Translations under genes and position numbers: made by a program
The notes under the pieces: model-generated
Seen by the model: the letters and a program-made list of their open reading frames with translations, nothing else
Told to the model about the DNA's origin: nothing
The model's database searches: none
Assembly: GCA_017479805.1 (NCBI GenBank)
Contig: JAFVBU010000304.1
Span: 1 to 32,900, forward strand
Length of the DNA stretch: 32,900 nucleotides
From: Ruminococcus sp.
GTDB lineage: Bacteria > Bacillota > Clostridia > Oscillospirales > Ruminococcaceae
Reading direction: 5' to 3'
Shown here: positions 27,857-32,900 of the stretch, piece by piece
How positions within the stretch are numbered: the stretch's first letter is position 1
Layout: the number at the start of each line of letters is the position of its first letter

Positions 27857-28387
27857 TTAATCAGTACACACTTGACACCCATGAACAGAAATATAAGCAT
27901 CATGTATCTTACATTTTGGAAAACCGCATTTCACAGGATCATTTTCATCGGCTTCGGATAGCCATTCAATTAAATTTTCCTCAATAATATCATCAACTGT
28001 CATACGTTCTATCAGTTTTTTGAACGTTTCGAGATATTCATTAACAAATTCTTCATTTGGTCGATAGCGGAGCGATTCCCAGCCGATTTTCTGTTTTGCA
28101 CCATCAATAACTCTTAGCATAAATGCTTTATCGTCATCAAAACTTGCCTTATCCCATGGCATTTCAACTATATCAAAATCGACTGTCCCAATACCACAAA
28201 AGTATTGATTTTTCTCAGCGAGAAATACCATAAAGCGTTTCTGGCTTTCCGTTTCTGCAAATCTTCCACCGCTTAGACAGAGAACATTGATAAACACGGA
28301 GGTACCTCCGTTAGACATTTTTAAAGAACCTTCTAATCCTTCTTGAATATTATCAGAATTAAACTTAAAACATATTCTGTTTCCCAT
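27857..28387 (-). CDS. Low-GC hypothetical protein, 176 aa, with a C-terminal CxxH...CxxC motif
   Basis: SD GGAG; ~35% GC by spot count against ~50% in flanking core genes; exactly fills the space between the inverted repeats. Confidence 0.85.
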   Translation of the reverse strand: MGNRICFKFNSDNIQEGLEGSLKMSNGGTSVFINVLCLSGGRFAETESQKRFMVFLAEKNQYFCGIGTVDFDIVEMPWDKASFDDDKAFMLRVIDGAKQKIGWESLRYRPNEEFVNEYLETFKKLIERMTVDDIIEENLIEWLSEADENDPVKCGFPKCKIHDAYISVHGCQVCTD

Positions 28388-28409
28388 TAAGAACTCTCCA
28401 ATACATCTG

Positions 28410-28563
28410 TAAATTCCGATTTATATAATTAGTTAAAGCGTGCGAAAGCAGGCTGACCGCTCCGCAGAGACTGAACGAGCTTTGCGAGTGGGAGCGTGAT
28501 TGCGCCGCCGCTCGCTCAGCGGCAAATTCCGATTTGTACTAAAAGTTACAGTGAGCGAAGCGT
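28410..28563 (+). repeat. Right arm of a 154-bp inverted repeat
   Basis: See the left arm; one 113-bp unit plus ~40 bp of a second unit. Confidence 0.95.
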
Positions 28564-28587
28564 AACTGTGCCACGTCCATTCATTTA

Positions 28588-29682
28588 TCACACATTAAAT
28601 CTGAACAGAACAATATCCCCGTCCTGCATAACATATTCCTTACCCTCAAGGCGGACAAGTCCCTTTTCTTTTGCAGCAGCCATTGAGCCGCAAGCCATAA
28701 GGTCCTCGTAGGAAATGACCTCGGCACGGATAAAGCCTTTCTCGAAGTCGGTGTGTATCTTGCCTGCCGCCTGCGGAGCTTTAGTGCCCTCGGTGATAGT
28801 CCACGCACGAACCTCCTGCTTGCCTGCGGTGAGGTAGGAGATAAGTCCGAGGAGAGAGTAGCCCTCCTTGATGATACGGTTCAGACCCGAGACCTCCAGA
28901 CCCAGCTCGCTGAGGAACATAGCCTTGTCCTCGTCGCCCATATCCGATATCTCAGCCTCTATCTGAGCGCAGATAGGCAGAACAGCAGAATGCTCCTCAG
29001 CCGCAAGACCGCATACAGCCTTGTAGTTCTCGTTGGTGTCGATGTTGTTGGTGAAATCGTCCTCGCTGAGGTTTGCCGCATAGATAACAGGCTTAGCGGA
29101 CAGCAGGGGAGTGGACTTGATAAGCTCACGCTCCTCCTCGGTGAAGTCAAAGCCACGGGCGGACTTGCCGTTTTCGAGGTGAGCCTTTAATCTTTCAAGG
29201 AAATCTATTTCTGCAAGGTACTTCTTGTCGCCCTTTGCAGCCTTCTTAGCACGGTCGATGCGTCTGTCTATCATTTCGATATCGGAGAAGATCAGTTCGA
29301 GGTTGATAGTCTCGATATCACGGAGCGGATTGATACTGCCGTCAACGTGGATGATGTTGGGGTCCTCAAAGCAGCGGACAACGTGCACGATAGCGTCCAC
29401 CTCACGGATGTCAGCGAGGAACTTGTTTCCCAGACCCTCACCCTTTGAAGCGCCCTTTACCAGACCTGCAATGTCAACGAATTCGAGAGTAGCGGGAGTG
29501 AATTTGTCAGGCTCGTACATCTCAGCCAGCTTATCCAGCCTCTCATCGGGAACAGAAACGATTCCTACGTTCTTTTCAATGGTGCAGAACGGATAATTCG
29601 CCGACTCCGCACCTGCATTGGTCAGAGCGTTAAAAAGTGTGCTTTTGCCTACATTTGGCAGTCCTACCATACCGAGTTTCAT
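28588..29682 (-). CDS. ychF: Ribosome-binding ATPase YchF
   Basis: GLPNVGKSTLFNALT, NYPFCTIE, VDIAGLV, IHTDFEKGFIRAE and EGKEYVMQDGDI motifs. Confidence 0.98.
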   Translation of the reverse strand: MKLGMVGLPNVGKSTLFNALTNAGAESANYPFCTIEKNVGIVSVPDERLDKLAEMYEPDKFTPATLEFVDIAGLVKGASKGEGLGNKFLADIREVDAIVHVVRCFEDPNIIHVDGSINPLRDIETINLELIFSDIEMIDRRIDRAKKAAKGDKKYLAEIDFLERLKAHLENGKSARGFDFTEEERELIKSTPLLSAKPVIYAANLSEDDFTNNIDTNENYKAVCGLAAEEHSAVLPICAQIEAEISDMGDEDKAMFLSELGLEVSGLNRIIKEGYSLLGLISYLTAGKQEVRAWTITEGTKAPQAAGKIHTDFEKGFIRAEVISYEDLMACGSMAAAKEKGLVRLEGKEYVMQDGDIVLFRFNV

Positions 29683-29760
29683 ATTTATTCTTACCTTTCT
29701 GTATTACATTGTTTACCCCGTCTCAGCCTTGCAACACATAGAAAAACTGCACTTTTTATC

Positions 29761-29794
29761 GGGGGAAACCTTTCTGAGGAAAGGTTCTCCCCCA
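29761..29794. other. GC-clamped hairpin between the EAL gene and ychF
   Basis: GGGGGAAACCTTTC-TGAG-GAAAGGTTCTCCCCC; no T tail on either strand. Confidence 0.55.
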
Positions 29795-29850
29795 ATAGGA
29801 AGTACAGTATTCCATGAGTTACAAGGCTATGACGGGGGATAATTATTGAG

Positions 29851-32580
29851 TTAATGGGCGACAGGCTGATTATTGATAAGGGAGTTGACGGTGGAGTTCT
29901 GTATCTGGAGGTCGCCGCCCGAGGTGCCGATATCCTTTGGATTAGCGGCAAATACACGCATATTGACGGACGAATCTATAACAGAGACATTTCCCGTACC
30001 CTGAGCGTCGCCGATACCTGTCATTTCGTCGCCCTCGGAGTCGATATAGATCTCAGCGTCCTTGACCTTAGTGTTGACACTTCCCTTGATAGCGCCGATA
30101 CAGGTATGACGTCCCGAACGCATTTTCAGGTTGACCTTGCCCTTTTTGATATAGACGCTGCCCTCGCCGTCCTCTAAGACACCGATACCGACGGAGTTCG
30201 CACCCGTGCAGGAAATGGCGATATCAGCGGATGAAGTGATGGTTGCGATACCCTTGCAGCTTCCGATACCCGTAACACTGATACCCGAAAGAGTTATCTC
30301 GACCGAGGCATTTTCGGAGATATCCACGATAGCGTCGCCGTTGAAGCTGCCGATACCGAGACCGTTGTGGCAGTAAGCGGAGAGCTTCAGCTTGCCCGAG
30401 AGAATATTTATCTCGGACTCGTCGTCATTCATGCCGCCGCCGATGATAACGGAGTCAACGCTGTTGGAGATTATTTCCAGTGTGCCGCTTCCGCCGAGAG
30501 TAATATCACCGTAGCCGTGGTCGTAGTCGTTGCCGATACCGATACCCTCGGAAGCGTAGCAGTCGATGGTGAGATTGCCCTTGCCTGCCAGCTCAAACTG
30601 CGAGCCGTTGGGAACGAGGATACCTGCATAGCTGAGCTTGTTGTTCTTGACCACGTTCAGCACCAGACGGGCGTACTCGCCGACGCAGATAGTGGGGCGG
30701 CTGTTTCCGCTGACCATATTCACATTTTTCAGCGTCAGCTCACAGCTATGGTTGTCCACCACGGTAATATTCATCTTTATAGGCTTATCAGGGTCGCCGA
30801 CGATGGTCAGCTTGCTCTGATAGATGTGGATATCTGTATATTTCTCCAGCGCCAGTTTCAGCAGGTCAAGCTCGGAATCGTTCTGAGCCGCATATATCTT
30901 CTTGACACCGTTGGGGCGTGTTTCAAGATTGGTCTTGATTATCTCGTCCTTGATATCCTTTGAGATGCTGTTGAGGAACAGCGGCTTCGGCTTTGAGGTG
31001 TAGTAGCCCTGTATAAGGTCAACGCCGAGCCTGATAACGGTTTTCAGCTCCTGCACGGTCTCAACGCCCTCAGCCAGCGCTTTGAGCTGGTTCTCGTGGC
31101 AGAACTCGATGACCGAGGTCACAAGCTGCTGCTTTTTCAGGTCGTTCTGGATATCGGTGATGAGCGAGCGGTCTATCTTGATATAATCGGGGGCATAATT
31201 GAGCAGATTTGAGCTGTTGGAGTAGCCTGTGCCGTAGTCGTCGATAGCCAGCTTTGAACGGATAAAGGTGCAGCGTTTTTTGAGAGTCTCCATGCCCTTT
31301 ACGGTAGCTGCGCTTTCCTCGACTATCTCGATAACGGTCTTTTCCAGAAGCTCGCCGTAGGTCAGGTACAGCTCGTTGAAGTCGTCGTCGGTCAGGAGCG
31401 AGCCTGAGAGACAGTTGATGAACAGCTTTTTGTTCTCGAATATCTGCTGATTGTCGCTGAGCAGCTTCATGACGTTGAAGAAAGTCATTTTCTCCACAGC
31501 GTAGAGGTTGTTCTGACTTTCGGCAATTTTCAGTATCTGAGTAGGCGTCATTTTGATATCGCCCGAGGTACGCATAAGAGCCTCATAAGCCACTATCTCG
31601 CCTGTGTGAGTTTCAACGATGGGCTGGAAATAGTAGGTCAGGAGGTTTTCCTGCACGATACGTGAGAATATAAGGGCATCCTTGTAGGAGTCCTTGTCAC
31701 GGATATAATTTTCCTCGGAGAACCAGTTGATAACGCTTCTTCTGTCGGTACGGGCTTCATAGAGGGCGAATTCAGAATAATTCACCAGCATATTGAAGTC
31801 CGAGGCTTCCTCGGGGTAAGAGGCACAGCCGATGGACAGGAAAAGCCTGCTCTTGTCGGAAATATCGATTATCTCGCCGAAATCGTCGGTGAGTATACAC
31901 TTCTGCACCGCCTCGTCCATGCTGTTGAGGGTGTTGTATATGCTCATTTTGTCGCAGTCCTTGAAGAAAGCGACAATCTCATAGTTTGACTTTGAGCCGA
32001 TGATTATATTATTTGACGAGAAACTTTTCAGCACCTCCGCAACGGAAGTTATACAACTGTTGGTATTGTCCACAGTCAGGTACGAACCCAGCTTGTCTAT
32101 GCCGTTGATGTAGATAGTAGCGAGACAGCCTTTCTGGGTCTCGGGGAGAATTGACTTTATCTTCTGGGAGAAAGACGGATAGGACGGCAGACGGGTAACA
32201 GGGTCGTACTCCACAAAGGAGAGATGCTCGTAGATATCGGACATCTGTCTTGTGAAGTCCTGAACGAAGCCTATCCACTCGTCGCTGCTCTCAAAGATAT
32301 TCATTTTTATGTAGCGGACGGTATTTTTATCGTTGAAGCGGTAGATATGTTTCTGACCCTCCACAGGGCTTTTTGAGATCCTTTCGAGGAGATCGAAGAA
32401 CTCAAATTCATTCAGCTTTTCGCCTGAACAGCCCAGCATACGGCATGAAGCGGCGTCGAAGTAAGCAGCCTTATCCTTTGCGATATAGGTAAAAGCGCCG
32501 ATATTGCCGACAAATTGCTGAAAGACCTTCCAGTCATGGCTAAGCTCGGGAGGATCTGTTGAAAAATTGAAAATACTCAT
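29851..32580 (-). CDS. c-di-GMP phosphodiesterase-like protein: N-terminal sensor-like region, degenerate GGDEF, EAL, C-terminal Gly/Ile-rich repeat domain
   Basis: YDPVTRLP with SNYEI at the GGDEF position. EAL motifs FQPIV, YEALMR, FIN, IEIVE, IDDYGTGYS, IKID, AEGVET and QGYY are present. The tail carries repeated GIG/IGG motifs. Confidence 0.9.
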   Translation of the reverse strand: MSIFNFSTDPPELSHDWKVFQQFVGNIGAFTYIAKDKAAYFDAASCRMLGCSGEKLNEFEFFDLLERISKSPVEGQKHIYRFNDKNTVRYIKMNIFESSDEWIGFVQDFTRQMSDIYEHLSFVEYDPVTRLPSYPSFSQKIKSILPETQKGCLATIYINGIDKLGSYLTVDNTNSCITSVAEVLKSFSSNNIIIGSKSNYEIVAFFKDCDKMSIYNTLNSMDEAVQKCILTDDFGEIIDISDKSRLFLSIGCASYPEEASDFNMLVNYSEFALYEARTDRRSVINWFSEENYIRDKDSYKDALIFSRIVQENLLTYYFQPIVETHTGEIVAYEALMRTSGDIKMTPTQILKIAESQNNLYAVEKMTFFNVMKLLSDNQQIFENKKLFINCLSGSLLTDDDFNELYLTYGELLEKTVIEIVEESAATVKGMETLKKRCTFIRSKLAIDDYGTGYSNSSNLLNYAPDYIKIDRSLITDIQNDLKKQQLVTSVIEFCHENQLKALAEGVETVQELKTVIRLGVDLIQGYYTSKPKPLFLNSISKDIKDEIIKTNLETRPNGVKKIYAAQNDSELDLLKLALEKYTDIHIYQSKLTIVGDPDKPIKMNITVVDNHSCELTLKNVNMVSGNSRPTICVGEYARLVLNVVKNNKLSYAGILVPNGSQFELAGKGNLTIDCYASEGIGIGNDYDHGYGDITLGGSGTLEIISNSVDSVIIGGGMNDDESEINILSGKLKLSAYCHNGLGIGSFNGDAIVDISENASVEITLSGISVTGIGSCKGIATITSSADIAISCTGANSVGIGVLEDGEGSVYIKKGKVNLKMRSGRHTCIGAIKGSVNTKVKDAEIYIDSEGDEMTGIGDAQGTGNVSVIDSSVNMRVFAANPKDIGTSGGDLQIQNSTVNSLINNQPVAH

Positions 32581-32672
32581 ATTCCCTCCGTTATCCGCAC
32601 AGGAAAGACCCTGAGCGCTGCTGTATTTACGGTATACAGCGAACCGTGATCCACGAATTTATACACAATTAT

Positions 32673-32701
32673 ATTATACTACATCGGTGGAGAAAAGTCA
32701 A
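32673..32701 (-). promoter_or_regulatory. Sigma-A promoter for the EAL gene
   Basis: Minus strand TTGACT-17 bp-TATAAT; SD GGAGGG before the ATG. Confidence 0.8.
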
Positions 32702-32719
32702 TCGTTATGTTGTTAAGTG

Positions 32720-32900
32720 CACGGCAATCGCTTACGAAAGAGAACCAGCAAAAACTTTTAGGAGATATTCATGAGAAAGCAGGCATCTCTTGCGTTTGAG
32801 ATTCAGACTGCGATTGAACGATTTTTCAGATTTAAGCAGATTGAGCGCCAAATGCCGCGCAATATTCACGTTTTCTGCCGCATTATCTGTTCGCATTCTG
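32720..32900 (-). mobile_element. 3' end of an ISAs1-family insertion sequence (truncated by window edge)
   Basis: Transposase-like C-terminus followed directly by GCGATTGCCGTG, which resembles ISAs1-type termini as I recall them. Confidence 0.75.
32732..32899 (-). CDS. ISAs1-family transposase, C-terminal 55 aa
   Basis: Hand translation RMRTDNAAENVNIARHLALNLLKSEKSFNRSLNLKRKRCLLSHEYLLKVFAGSLS*. The NAAEN...R..ALNLL...KR...YLLKV pattern is typical of ISAs1 transposases. Confidence 0.8.
   Translation of the reverse strand, partial: RMRTDNAAENVNIARHLALNLLKSEKSFNRSLNLKRKRCLLSHEYLLKVFAGSLS

Noticed and set aside
27702-28563. CRISPR array or classical integron
   Set aside because: The repeats are inverted, the intervening units are near-identical rather than unique spacers, and there is no cas or intI gene or clear attC layout.
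28496-28711. ORF MIAPPLAQRQ... and the similar N-terminal extension of the 27350-27769 ORF
   Set aside because: Both are translations of the inverted-repeat arms; this one also runs antisense into ychF.
29761-29794. Intrinsic terminator for the EAL gene
   Set aside because: Strong stem but no U tract on either strand; kept only as an unexplained hairpin.
32581-32670. c-di-GMP riboswitch upstream of the EAL gene
   Set aside because: Only small generic hairpins (GCTGTAT/ATACAGC); no class I or II consensus recognised.
32771-32900. Plus-strand ORF MRKQASLAFE... with an AGGAG SD
   Set aside because: It is antisense to a recognisable ISAs1 transposase C-terminus and has no family resemblance of its own.

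Overview
Core-genome window from a Clostridia-type bacterium; gene order and codon style suggest Ruminococcus/Oscillospiraceae (inference). Plus strand: rplT (5'-truncated), TrmH methyltransferase, dprA, topA (one in-frame TAG), trmFO, plsX, rnc, radical SAM, smc, ftsY, rdgB, yhbY, hypothetical, nadD-yqeK fusion, LCP, rsfS, membrane protein, leuS, rpsU (missed by the ORF track), yqeG, aroQ, Xaa-Pro peptidase, efp, acidic Zn-ribbon protein, small membrane protein. Minus strand: pseudo-receiver ANTAR protein, GlnA-like protein, two hypotheticals, ychF, a degenerate-GGDEF/EAL/beta-helix protein, and the 3' end of an ISAs1-like transposase. Best leads: (1) a glutamine-synthetase homolog that has lost three metal ligands, coupled to an ANTAR protein lacking its phosphoacceptor, a candidate pseudoenzyme nitrogen sensor-antiterminator pair; (2) a low-GC gene tightly bracketed by 154-bp inverted repeats with four copies of a 28-bp recombination-site-like motif; (3) a family of ~115-bp intergenic heptamer-armed palindromes whose stems co-vary around conserved loops; (4) an FtsY whose acidic region and KKRGFFS helix are at the C-terminus. 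Family calls come from motif recognition; no searches were run.
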